Source of the DNA: Minisyncoccia bacterium
GTDB lineage: Bacteria > Patescibacteriota > Minisyncoccia > Phycocordibacterales > JAACPR01
Length of the DNA: 43,430 bases
Direction of reading: 5' to 3'
NCBI GenBank assembly: GCA_041740795.1
Contig: JBGSLH010000014.1
Coordinates: forward strand, 1-43,430
Numbering within the stretch: the stretch's first letter is position 1; each line of letters begins with the position of its first letter. Under the pieces are notes generated by a model. The model ran no database searches. It saw nothing but the letters and a program-made list of their open reading frames with translations, and had not been told where the DNA came from. The translations under genes were made by a program, and so were the position numbers. This document shows positions 17,687 to 26,314 of the stretch, one piece after another.

Positions 17687-18538
17687 ATGAAAGTACTATG
17701 TATCGTGACTGCTTCGGCAGCACTCGTGTCGGCAGCACTTGCGGCCGATGGTCCCTCCGTCATCATCAAGCGCGCCATTGTCATCAATGGTGCAGCTGAT
17801 GCTTCGGTTATCGGAACAGCTCCTTCGAATGTCACAATCGGTATTACCGGCTGCGGCAACGTCAATAACTTTGGCACTGCACTCCAGTTCCAGTTTGTTG
17901 ATGGAGAAGGAACTCCAATCAATGTCACGGATTTCAAGGTAACTTCGGCGACCTATACCCTTTACCGGGATGGTGTCATTGTGACCAATTGGAATACCGT
18001 GTCACACGGTGCCTACAATCCGGTAGGTGATACGGCAAAACCCGACTTGCTATTTTATGACACAACTGCGACACAAGTCTCGGTCAATGGGACTCAAGTC
18101 ACTGGAACTAACATTCCAACCGGCTCAAAGTTTCAGGTCCTTGATCAGCAGGTTACCTTGGGTACAGCTTCACGTCCCAAGTTCACGACAGTAGGTCAGT
18201 ATTATCGTCTCGAACGGACGTGGACGTTCACTTATGTATGGAATGAACAGTCGTACACACGTACGCTTGTCCCATCCGAGACATCGGTGAACATCCGTGT
18301 TTCTCCAGACTTGCCGGGGTTTAATTCGGGTGAGGAATCAGGTCCATTTATGGTCGGACTTCAAGTCAGTGAAAACCTTGTCACATGGGTTGAAGTTGAT
18401 GCAGAGATTCCATATCCACGGCCAACCACCGTAGAAGGAATCGAGGCATTCTTTCCTCGAAGCAAACAAATTGCCGGGTTCGCCAATGATCAGCGTATGC
18501 GGTTTTACCGCTACACGATGCACAATATGACCCCTTGA
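17687..18538 (+). CDS. Secreted beta-rich hypothetical protein
   Basis: Signal peptide MKVLCIVTASAALVSAALAA; Thr/Val-rich body; C-terminal LQ.S.NL..W...RFYR; start may be 17657. Confidence 0.7.
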   Translation: MKVLCIVTASAALVSAALAADGPSVIIKRAIVINGAADASVIGTAPSNVTIGITGCGNVNNFGTALQFQFVDGEGTPINVTDFKVTSATYTLYRDGVIVTNWNTVSHGAYNPVGDTAKPDLLFYDTTATQVSVNGTQVTGTNIPTGSKFQVLDQQVTLGTASRPKFTTVGQYYRLERTWTFTYVWNEQSYTRTLVPSETSVNIRVSPDLPGFNSGEESGPFMVGLQVSENLVTWVEVDAEIPYPRPTTVEGIEAFFPRSKQIAGFANDQRMRFYRYTMHNMTP

Positions 18539-18561
18539 GTAGTTCGGTTTGCCGAGCTCAT

Positions 18562-18593
18562 CGCCTGTCCCTTACAAGGGTCAGGCGTTTTTT
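18562..18593 (+). terminator. Intrinsic terminator
   Basis: CGCCTGTCCCTT-AC-AAGGGTCAGGCG followed by a T-tract. Confidence 0.7.
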
Positions 18594-18595
18594 AA

Positions 18596-18624
18596 TTGAC
18601 ACAAAACGATTTAAGTTGTAATAT
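18596..18624 (+). promoter_or_regulatory. Sigma70-type promoter
   Basis: TTGACA-N17-TAATAT. Confidence 0.65.
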
Positions 18625-18651
18625 TATAATCTTAGCAATATATAAATTATC

Positions 18652-19413
18652 ATGCTTACAAAAATTACAAAAACAGCAGGAGTTTCAATGTTCATCTCAT
18701 TGGCTTTTGTATTTTCTTTCAGCGTTTCAACTGTAAACGCTGTTGAGGTTGTGCCACAGGCAGAATCTTCAATCGCTCTTTGTGAAGACGGTTTTGATAA
18801 CGACGACAACGGAAGTACAGATGCGGCAGATGCAAACTGTGCTGCTTTCTTGGTAGAAGCTCAAGTTGTTCCTGAACCTCAACTTGTTCCCGAAAATTCA
18901 TTCGCTCTATGTCACGACTCAATCGACAACGATGACAACGGATCAGCCGACATGGCTGACGTGAATTGTGCGAATTTCGAAAATCCACCAGCTCAGGAAG
19001 AGGAGGAAACATCATCACGACGAAACGGATCAAAGAAGAGAGTGCCAACAGGTAACCTTTCTTCTGGAGAAGTTCTCGGTGCCTCAACTGATGCGGATTC
19101 TTGTCCAATGATTACATCTTTCATGAAAGAAGGACAATCAAATGATATGGATCAAGTAAAACTACTTCAATCATTCCTTAATACACACCTTGGAATCTCA
19201 CTTCCAACAACTGGATTCTTCGGGGCACTTACAAACAAGGCCGTTGAAGATTTTCAGCTCAAGTATAAGGATGACGTTCTCAAGCCTTGGGTAGATCTTG
19301 GATTACATACAAATGTCGACGTACCAACAGGATATGTGTACCAGACTACTACGTATAAAATCAATACGATTCTTTGTCCTGACGCAGACATCTCTGCTCC
19401 AGTTCTAAACTAA
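18652..19413 (+). CDS. Secreted protein with two Cys/Asp repeats and a C-terminal peptidoglycan-binding domain
   Basis: Signal peptide; two copies of C.D..DNDDNG..D.AD.NC; GEVLGA; V..LQ.FLN...TGFFG.LT..AV..FQ. Confidence 0.8.
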   Translation: MLTKITKTAGVSMFISLAFVFSFSVSTVNAVEVVPQAESSIALCEDGFDNDDNGSTDAADANCAAFLVEAQVVPEPQLVPENSFALCHDSIDNDDNGSADMADVNCANFENPPAQEEEETSSRRNGSKKRVPTGNLSSGEVLGASTDADSCPMITSFMKEGQSNDMDQVKLLQSFLNTHLGISLPTTGFFGALTNKAVEDFQLKYKDDVLKPWVDLGLHTNVDVPTGYVYQTTTYKINTILCPDADISAPVLN

Positions 19414-19425
19414 TTACAACTCTAT

Positions 19426-19463
19426 AAAAAAGGGGCGCGCCCGAAGGGTGCGCCCCTTTTTTT
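19426..19463 (+). terminator. Intrinsic terminator
   Basis: AAAAAAGGGGCGCGCCC-GAA-GGGTGCGCCCCTTTTTTT. Confidence 0.85.
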
Positions 19464-19514
19464 ATCTAATCACCGAATCATGTACAAACCTTGAATCTGT
19501 GGTATTGTTTTGAT

Positions 19515-20405
19515 ATGAAAAAAGCCATCAGGAAAGTCTTCTTTCCTCACAAGGATACAAATCCAAGACCGTTGTTTTGGCATCCACTTTCTGTTTCGGT
19601 TTTTACTCTTGGACTTCTATTTATCTCTGGATTCATCACTCTTCAGAACGTGGAGACAACCAATCCTGGCTCTTTACTTGGCGATATTAGATCTGGCGTT
19701 TTGATTTCTTTTACCAACAAAGAACGGACAAGTGTTGGACTTCCTGAATTGAAAGAAAGCGAAATATTGAACAAGGCCGCATTACTCAAGGCAGAGGATA
19801 TGGCTTCTACTGGTTACTTCGCGCACTATTCTCCGACTGGACTTTCACCGTGGTACTGGTTCACTCAAGCAGGGTACGAATATCAGAAGGCAGGGGAAAA
19901 TCTCGCCGTCAACTTCAATGATTCCAAGGCTGTCGTAAACGCGTGGATGGATTCGCCGACCCACAAAGCGAACATTGTGAAGGACGGATACACCGAAATT
20001 GGCATCGCATCTGCGGAAGGAATATATAAAGGCAAGAAAGCTACATTCGTTGTGCAGCTTTTTGCAACACCTCAGTATGAACAGACAACAGGACTTGCGC
20101 TTTTGGTTGAAAAAAAGACACCTATTTCTCTGGACGAACAGTCAGCGGTTCGAGGTGCTGAGATTGCAATCTATGAACCCGCAAACGTATTTCAGATATT
20201 TACCACTGAGACATACACTCTCATCATCCTTCTCGTGCTTCTTTCGATTGTTATTATCATTGCGATCGGAGCGATGTTCATTAAAGGCAAACATCACACA
20301 AGACAATTTTACATATCGATTATCATACTTTGTATCGCACTCTGCATTTCAATCGTGACCCAGATACATTTCTTCAAGGACATGTCAGTCATTTTTTCTC
20401 GCTAA
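19515..20405 (+). CDS. CAP/SCP domain membrane protein
   Basis: TN.ER...GL..L, KA.DM...YF.H, AGENLA, AWM.SP.H..NI, EIGIA; TM helices at both ends. Confidence 0.88.
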   Translation: MKKAIRKVFFPHKDTNPRPLFWHPLSVSVFTLGLLFISGFITLQNVETTNPGSLLGDIRSGVLISFTNKERTSVGLPELKESEILNKAALLKAEDMASTGYFAHYSPTGLSPWYWFTQAGYEYQKAGENLAVNFNDSKAVVNAWMDSPTHKANIVKDGYTEIGIASAEGIYKGKKATFVVQLFATPQYEQTTGLALLVEKKTPISLDEQSAVRGAEIAIYEPANVFQIFTTETYTLIILLVLLSIVIIIAIGAMFIKGKHHTRQFYISIIILCIALCISIVTQIHFFKDMSVIFSR

Positions 20406-20466
20406 ATTGCTTGTTAAAGAAGCCGGGTTGTGAGATAGTGTTTCTCTCTGTTCTTTTATCAAACCT

Positions 20467-20937
20467 ATGAGTGCCATTCCTACAATTCCCGTTCATTCAA
20501 TCGTCGTCGTCACACCTGCTCAAACTCTTTCTTTCCTTGAAGTGCATGTGAAAGATACAAAGTCCATCAATGTTTTGGAAGACATGAAATCTGTTCACTT
20601 GCCACCTGAAGATATTGGCGGCAGCAAAAAAGTTAACGTATCGGATTATTTGCCACGGTGTCCCATTCCGCAGTCCGAATACGCATCTTCGCATCTCTGT
20701 CTCAACTTCTTCAGTTTTCTTGGTGAAAATTCCAAAGTACTGGCTGAGTACTTCAGTGGAGATTTTAGGCCGATGGTGAATTCTATTCCATTTCAATTGC
20801 GAAAGAAGGATGTCCACTTGATTTTCAGTGTGAGTCCCGATACCAGACTTGTCCTTCTGCGTCTGATTCCTGCTCTCAAAGGCAGCGATCTTCCGTTTTA
20901 TCGGACTGTTTGCGTCGAATCGCCCTCGAAGCCCTGA
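20467..20937 (+). CDS. Hypothetical protein (orphan)
   Basis: 156-aa ORF filling the gap, followed by a terminator. Confidence 0.5.
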   Translation: MSAIPTIPVHSIVVVTPAQTLSFLEVHVKDTKSINVLEDMKSVHLPPEDIGGSKKVNVSDYLPRCPIPQSEYASSHLCLNFFSFLGENSKVLAEYFSGDFRPMVNSIPFQLRKKDVHLIFSVSPDTRLVLLRLIPALKGSDLPFYRTVCVESPSKP

Positions 20938-20949
20938 TACTTCAACTTC

Positions 20950-20989
20950 AGACCCGAAACATCATTAGATGTTTCGGGTCTTCTTTTTT
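20950..20989 (+). terminator. Intrinsic terminator
   Basis: AGACCCGAAACATC-ATTA-GATGTTTCGGGTCT followed by a T-tract. Confidence 0.8.
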
Positions 20990-21000
20990 ATAATGTCATT

Positions 21001-21029
21001 TTGACATCCACTCCCAAAAAGAGTACATT
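21001..21029 (+). promoter_or_regulatory. Sigma70-type promoter for ileS
   Basis: TTGACA-N17-TACATT. Confidence 0.7.
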
Positions 21030-21055
21030 TTAGCTATATTTATCATAATTTTCAT

Positions 21056-24000
21056 ATGTCAGACACCCCAAAAACAGAACGAGAACTAAGCGCGGTCGCA
21101 AGGAAGGAACGTGAAATTCTGGAATTCTGGGAAGCAAACCAGATTTTTAAAAAATCACTCGAGAAGAAGTCTCCAAAAGGCGAGTTCACGTTCTATGACG
21201 GTCCTCCTTTTGCAACGGGACTTCCTCACTTCGGACACATGCTGCCCGGGACTATCAAGGATGCGATTCCTCGATACAAGACGATGCAGGGATTTCACGT
21301 ACGGCGTCAGTGGGGTTGGGATTGTCATGGGCTTCCGATAGAAAAATTGATTCAGGAAGAACATAATCTCAAAACAAAAAAAGACATCGAGGATTTTGGA
21401 GTAAAAAAATTCAACCAGGCTGCAAAAGCAAGCGTGTTCACTTATGAAGAAGAATGGAAAAAGATAATTCCACAGACTGGACGCTGGATTGACATGACTA
21501 ATCCGTACACCACTATGGACTCTTCGTTTACCGAGTCGGTATGGTGGGGATTCAACGAATTACAAAAGAAAGGACTGGTGTATGAGAGCTTTAAAGTGAT
21601 GCACGTGTCACCGCTTCTTGAGACGACACTTTCGAACTTCGAAGTGAACCAGGCATACAAGGATATCACCGACATCAGTGCTACCGTAAAATTTGAATTG
21701 CTCGACACTCCAAACACTTTTATTCTCGCGTGGACGACAACTCCATGGACGCTTCCTGGGAACGTCGCGCTCGCAGTAGGGAGTAACGTGATGTACGTGA
21801 AGGTAAAACACGAGGATAATTTTTACATTCTCGCACAAGATCTTGTAGAAAAGAATTTTAAAGATAAGCAATATGAGCTCGTAGAAGAATTGTACGGAAA
21901 AGAATTAGTAGGAAAATCATACAGACCGCTTTTTGATTATTATGCAAAAGATAAAACATTGGAGAATCATTCAAATGGCTGGAAAATATATGCAGCTGAC
22001 TTCGTAACAACTACAGACGGAACCGGAGTTGTGCATATCGCACCTGCGTTTGGAGAAGACGATCTTAATCTCGGACGTACAAACAGTCTTCCGTTCGTGC
22101 AGCACGTAAAAATGAACGGAGAAATAAAAGAAGAAGTTCCGGAACTTGCAAGTAGACAGGCAAAACCAAAACACGATCCACAAGAGACTGATATCGAAGT
22201 GATCAAGATGCTTGCGCACCAAGACTCTCTTTTTGCCAAGGAAAAATACATCCACTCATATCCGCATTGTTGGCGAACGGATGCCCCGCTTCTCAACTAC
22301 GCCACCTCATCATGGTTCATCAAGGTAACGAGCCTCAAGGATAAGCTGGTAAAAAATAATGAGGCAGTAAAATGGGTACCCGAAGCAGTTGGGACATCAA
22401 GATTTGGTAATTGGCTCAAGGAGGCACGAGATTGGGCAATATCACGATCTCGATTTTGGGGGACACCAATTCCGATTTGGAAATCCGAAGATGGACGAGA
22501 TGTTCGATTTATTGGTTCATTAACAGAGTTGAAGTCAAAAACAAAATCTACAAATAACTATTTTACCCTTAGACACGGGGAAGCCGAGCATAATCTTCAG
22601 AATATCGCATCAGATTCGAACGATACTCCGAGTCATCTGACCGAATCTGGCAAAGTGGAAATCAAAAAAGCAGCGGATCAATTAAAATCAAAAAATATCG
22701 ATCTTGTCTTCGTATCACCACTCATGAGAACACAAGAAACTTCTCAAATCATAAAAGAAGTCCTTGGTCTTTCTGCTGATCAACTCATCACCGATGATCG
22801 ACTCAGAGAAGTACAGACAGGATTTGATGGAAAAAGTGTAGAACAATATCGGGCTAAGAGTTTTGTAGAAAAATTTGAAAATAAATATAACGAAGGAGAA
22901 ACTCTGGTCGATCTCAAGAATCGAGTAGGGGATTTTGTATATGAGACTGATTCCAAATATTCAAATAAGAACATTCTTATTATTTCTCATGAATATCCGA
23001 TCTGGATGCTTCATGCAGTCAAAGACGGCTTGAATAAAAAACAAACAATAGCACTCAAAGAATCTGTCGATGAATTTATTCAGACGGGGGAGTTGCGACC
23101 ATTTGAATTTTCAAGACTGCCTCATGATGACAATTTTGAACTTGATTTCCATCGACCGTATATCGATGAGGTCACTTTTTTGGAAAACGGTAAAACATTC
23201 AAAAGAATCCCGGATGTCTTTGATACATGGATTGATTCTGGATCTATGCCATTTGCAAGCGCGGGATATCCGTTCAACAAGGAAGTTTTCAAACCAGGTA
23301 ACTTCTTTTTCAAAGGGAAAGGATTTCCTGCAGACTTCATCGCCGAAGGACTCGACCAGACACGAGGATGGTTCTATACACTTCTTGTGTGGTCCACTGC
23401 GCTTTTTGGAAAATCTCCATACAGGCACGTAATCGTAAATGGTTTGATACTCGCCGAAGATGGCAAAAAAATGTCCAAGTCACTCAATAACTATTCACCC
23501 CTTGCCGATACGCTCGATAAGTTCGGAGCCGATGCCATCAGGTATTTCTTGCTGAGTTCACCGGCCGTAAAAGGAGACGATGTTCGCTTTGCAGAAAAAG
23601 GCGCAGACGACGTGATGAAAAAGATCGTGATGCGACTTGATAACGTAATTTCTTTTTATGAAATGTATAAAGATGAATCAATTGAAGCTGATGATTCGAG
23701 TCCTCATGTCCTCGACAGGTGGATCGTCGCGCGTCTTCGAGAAACCAATCGTGATATGACGAACGGATTTGAAAAATATGAATTAGATAAGGCCTCACGA
23801 CCACTTATGGATTTTGTGGATGATCTTTCGACATGGTATCTGCGCCGAAGTAGAGACCGGCTCAAGTCGGAAGGGGAGGACAAGAATCTCGCACTCGCAA
23901 CTACGCGTTTCGTTCTGCAGGAATTTGCAAAACTCATGGCGCCTGTCATGCCATTCAAGGCAGAAGATGCGTACCTTAGAACGAAGGCACTCCACTCTGC

Positions 24001-24532
24001 GTCAAGTGTGCATTTATGCACGTGGCCAAAACTCGAATCAATCGATCAGGACGTGATTGTGGGCATGAAGGAAGTTCGCGACATCGTAACGAAGGCACTT
24101 GAGATCAGAGCGAAAGAATCAGTGAAGGTACGACAGCCGATCCAGACTCTTGAAACAAAACTTCACATCAAATCAGAGTATGCAGAGATCATTAAGGATG
24201 AAGTGAACGTAAAGGAGGTCGAGACCAATCTTCAACTTGAGACGGATGTGTGGCTCGACATTACGATCACACCAGAACTCAAAAAAGAAGGCGATGCTCG
24301 GGAATTCATCCGCATGATTCAGGATCTGCGCAAGTCATCAGGACTTTCTCAGGAGGATACCGTTGTCGTGCACCTTTTTGCGACTGAAGAATTCAAAAAC
24401 ATAATCGAACTTCACAAGGTGTTTATTCAATCGGTAACTCGAACGCAGGAAATTGTATTTGCAGAAGAATTACCTGGAGAAGAATCTCAAGTGAACGAGT
24501 ACAAGGTGAAGGTGGTGGTGCAGAAGGTGTAG
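21056..24532 (+). CDS. ileS: Isoleucine--tRNA ligase (type 2) with inserted histidine phosphatase domain
   Basis: YDGPPFATGLPHFGH, GWDCHGLP, WTTTPWTLP, GTG.VH.AP.FG.DD, WAISRSRFWGTP, EGLDQTRGWF, KMSKS; insertion starting at LRHGEAEHN. Confidence 0.96.
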   Translation: MSDTPKTERELSAVARKEREILEFWEANQIFKKSLEKKSPKGEFTFYDGPPFATGLPHFGHMLPGTIKDAIPRYKTMQGFHVRRQWGWDCHGLPIEKLIQEEHNLKTKKDIEDFGVKKFNQAAKASVFTYEEEWKKIIPQTGRWIDMTNPYTTMDSSFTESVWWGFNELQKKGLVYESFKVMHVSPLLETTLSNFEVNQAYKDITDISATVKFELLDTPNTFILAWTTTPWTLPGNVALAVGSNVMYVKVKHEDNFYILAQDLVEKNFKDKQYELVEELYGKELVGKSYRPLFDYYAKDKTLENHSNGWKIYAADFVTTTDGTGVVHIAPAFGEDDLNLGRTNSLPFVQHVKMNGEIKEEVPELASRQAKPKHDPQETDIEVIKMLAHQDSLFAKEKYIHSYPHCWRTDAPLLNYATSSWFIKVTSLKDKLVKNNEAVKWVPEAVGTSRFGNWLKEARDWAISRSRFWGTPIPIWKSEDGRDVRFIGSLTELKSKTKSTNNYFTLRHGEAEHNLQNIASDSNDTPSHLTESGKVEIKKAADQLKSKNIDLVFVSPLMRTQETSQIIKEVLGLSADQLITDDRLREVQTGFDGKSVEQYRAKSFVEKFENKYNEGETLVDLKNRVGDFVYETDSKYSNKNILIISHEYPIWMLHAVKDGLNKKQTIALKESVDEFIQTGELRPFEFSRLPHDDNFELDFHRPYIDEVTFLENGKTFKRIPDVFDTWIDSGSMPFASAGYPFNKEVFKPGNFFFKGKGFPADFIAEGLDQTRGWFYTLLVWSTALFGKSPYRHVIVNGLILAEDGKKMSKSLNNYSPLADTLDKFGADAIRYFLLSSPAVKGDDVRFAEKGADDVMKKIVMRLDNVISFYEMYKDESIEADDSSPHVLDRWIVARLRETNRDMTNGFEKYELDKASRPLMDFVDDLSTWYLRRSRDRLKSEGEDKNLALATTRFVLQEFAKLMAPVMPFKAEDAYLRTKALHSASSVHLCTWPKLESIDQDVIVGMKEVRDIVTKALEIRAKESVKVRQPIQTLETKLHIKSEYAEIIKDEVNVKEVETNLQLETDVWLDITITPELKKEGDAREFIRMIQDLRKSSGLSQEDTVVVHLFATEEFKNIIELHKVFIQSVTRTQEIVFAEELPGEESQVNEYKVKVVVQKV

Positions 24533-24533
24533 A

Positions 24534-24561
24534 TTGACTTTCTATAAAAGTATGATATAGT
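24534..24561 (+). promoter_or_regulatory. Promoter of the downstream orphan gene
   Basis: TTGACT-N16-TATAGT with extended TG. Confidence 0.55.
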
Positions 24562-24602
24562 TCTGTCTGAAAATAGAACCGTAAAAACAAAATCATACCA
24601 CC

Positions 24603-25283
24603 ATGAATACCACAATCACAATTGTCTTTTTGAGCATTGCTGCTCTTGCGTGCGGATGGGTCTATACCTATCTGGCCTGGGCCCCATTCTTCACGTACGT
24701 GGGAACCAGAAAGAATTTTGCTGACATACCCAAGGTAAGTTTGCTGAGATTTCTTATATCAGGTTTTCTGGTTATCGTCTGTGCAACCATGATCTTCTTT
24801 AGTTTGATCGAAGGTGCATTGACATTGTTTCTACTGATGCCCGCAATGGCGATCATCTCTGTCTTTGCCGCTATGGTTTTCTTCTTTATAAAATGGAGAA
24901 AGGCTTCTGATCCACTCGACGTGACTCTTGAGCAACACTTCAGGAAAATCTGGCCGGACTTGGTTCCTTTCAGTGTGTCTGAAGTGGATTTAAAGCGATT
25001 CCCAAAGATGGCGAATATTGAAAAGAGAATACGTAAAAATGAGCACAATATTAGCGAGTTCTGGTTTGTAAGGCAAGACCTTCGACTGGAGGACGTTCGT
25101 GTTGCATACAATTCGTATCTTGATGGACTTGGGCACAAGATGCTTCGTTCTCACGATCCGGATTCGCGAAACAGGCATTATATGCGGATATTTGAAACTA
25201 CTGATGGAGATGCTCAATATTTCCATATTGTGCAATCCGGTATTTCGAACTTATATCACGTATATGGCGAGGTGCTCGAATGA
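24603..25283 (+). CDS. Hypothetical membrane protein (about 3 TM helices plus soluble domain)
   Basis: Hydrophobic N-terminal segments; own promoter and terminator. Confidence 0.65.
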   Translation: MNTTITIVFLSIAALACGWVYTYLAWAPFFTYVGTRKNFADIPKVSLLRFLISGFLVIVCATMIFFSLIEGALTLFLLMPAMAIISVFAAMVFFFIKWRKASDPLDVTLEQHFRKIWPDLVPFSVSEVDLKRFPKMANIEKRIRKNEHNISEFWFVRQDLRLEDVRVAYNSYLDGLGHKMLRSHDPDSRNRHYMRIFETTDGDAQYFHIVQSGISNLYHVYGEVLE

Positions 25284-25288
25284 TTGTA

Positions 25289-25358
25289 GGGCGGTCCGAC
25301 CAAGTCGGACCGCCTTTTCTTTTTTAAAAAAACCGCTCTCTATGGATAGCGGTTTTTT
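25289..25358. terminator. Tandem terminators between convergent orphan genes
   Basis: GGCGGTCCGAC-CAA-GTCGGACCGCC plus T-tract, then AAAAAACCGCT...AGCGGTTTTTT. Confidence 0.7.
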
Positions 25359-25600
25359 AGTTGGGCTAGAAATGAGATGCAGAAGATCACATCGTTTGCG
25401 TTTATGTTGTGTGTTTCGATGAACTTTCTAAAATCCTCGATAGAGCTAATCTCAATGGTTGTTAGACCAGTTGGTCTCAAACCTTCGTCGGTGACTTCAA
25501 CTTTTGTTTTGAATGATGTAACCTTGAATACGAATCTTTCAGTTTCGATGAAAAAACAATGTACCTCAAGGGTACTCGGGAGGTGCAGGGTGATTTTCAT
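25340..25600 (-). CDS. Hypothetical protein (orphan)
   Basis: MKITLHLP... ORF filling the gap and ending in a hairpin; start uncertain. Confidence 0.45.
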   Translation of the reverse strand: MKITLHLPSTLEVHCFFIETERFVFKVTSFKTKVEVTDEGLRPTGLTTIEISSIEDFRKFIETHNINANDVIFCISFLAQLKNRYP

Positions 25601-25668
25601 GTTTTGGGAAATACTACTATAGTTCATATGTATACACAAGATGATAAGCTTTTTGCTACAATACCTAC

Positions 25669-26256
25669 ATGTACTCCAAACTCAGTACCCAAGCGATAGT
25701 TCTCAAGGTAGACGACGTAGGGGAAAAAGACGTCATGCTTTCGCTTTTTACACGTGAATTTGGATTTGTGTATGCGAAAGCGACAGGCGTGAGGACGCAG
25801 TCCTCACGCCTTCGGTTCGCCCTTCAGTCCATGACACTTTGTTTTGTCTCACTTGTTCATGGTAAGACCGGTTGGATTCTTACCAACGCCACTTTTTTGA
25901 AGTCGTATTATTTTGACTCGGATCGCCAGATTCAAAAGCAAATTACTATCAAGGTCTTGCACTTGCTTGGGCGCCTTTATATCGGGGAAGAGGCACACAT
26001 AGATCTTTTTGATTTTATAGAGGAAAAGTTAAACCTCATACTCGAAGCGAATCTCGAATCCGAAGACATCAAGCAACTCGAGATTTTTATCGTGTTCAAG
26101 ATGCTTGAGAAGCTTGGATATGTCGAAGATCACAAAACAATCGCACCTCTTGCTAAAGCCGATCACTACACTGAGGAGCTTAAGCAATATATAACAGAAT
26201 ACAAGGCCCAGATCACACCGTTCGTTAACTCTGCAATTCGAGCGAGCGGATTATAA
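25669..26256 (+). CDS. recO: DNA repair protein RecO (short form)
   Basis: AIVL....GEKD....LFTRE.G...A.A.G.R...SRL OB-fold N-terminus; LGY near the C-terminus. Confidence 0.85.
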   Translation: MYSKLSTQAIVLKVDDVGEKDVMLSLFTREFGFVYAKATGVRTQSSRLRFALQSMTLCFVSLVHGKTGWILTNATFLKSYYFDSDRQIQKQITIKVLHLLGRLYIGEEAHIDLFDFIEEKLNLILEANLESEDIKQLEIFIVFKMLEKLGYVEDHKTIAPLAKADHYTEELKQYITEYKAQITPFVNSAIRASGL

Positions 26257-26258
26257 TC

Positions 26259-26292
26259 GTACTGCCCAGGGCAGTTTTGCCCTGGGCAGTAC
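26259..26292. repeat. Perfect 15-bp inverted repeat without U-tract
   Basis: GTACTGCCCAGGGCA-GTTT-TGCCCTGGGCAGTAC. Confidence 0.7.
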
Positions 26293-26314
26293 CTGTCTAT
26301 GATATAATTTTTCC

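Noticed and set aside
20990-21055. T-box leader before ileS or other tRNA ligases
   Set aside because: Leaders are too short and lack the T-box consensus
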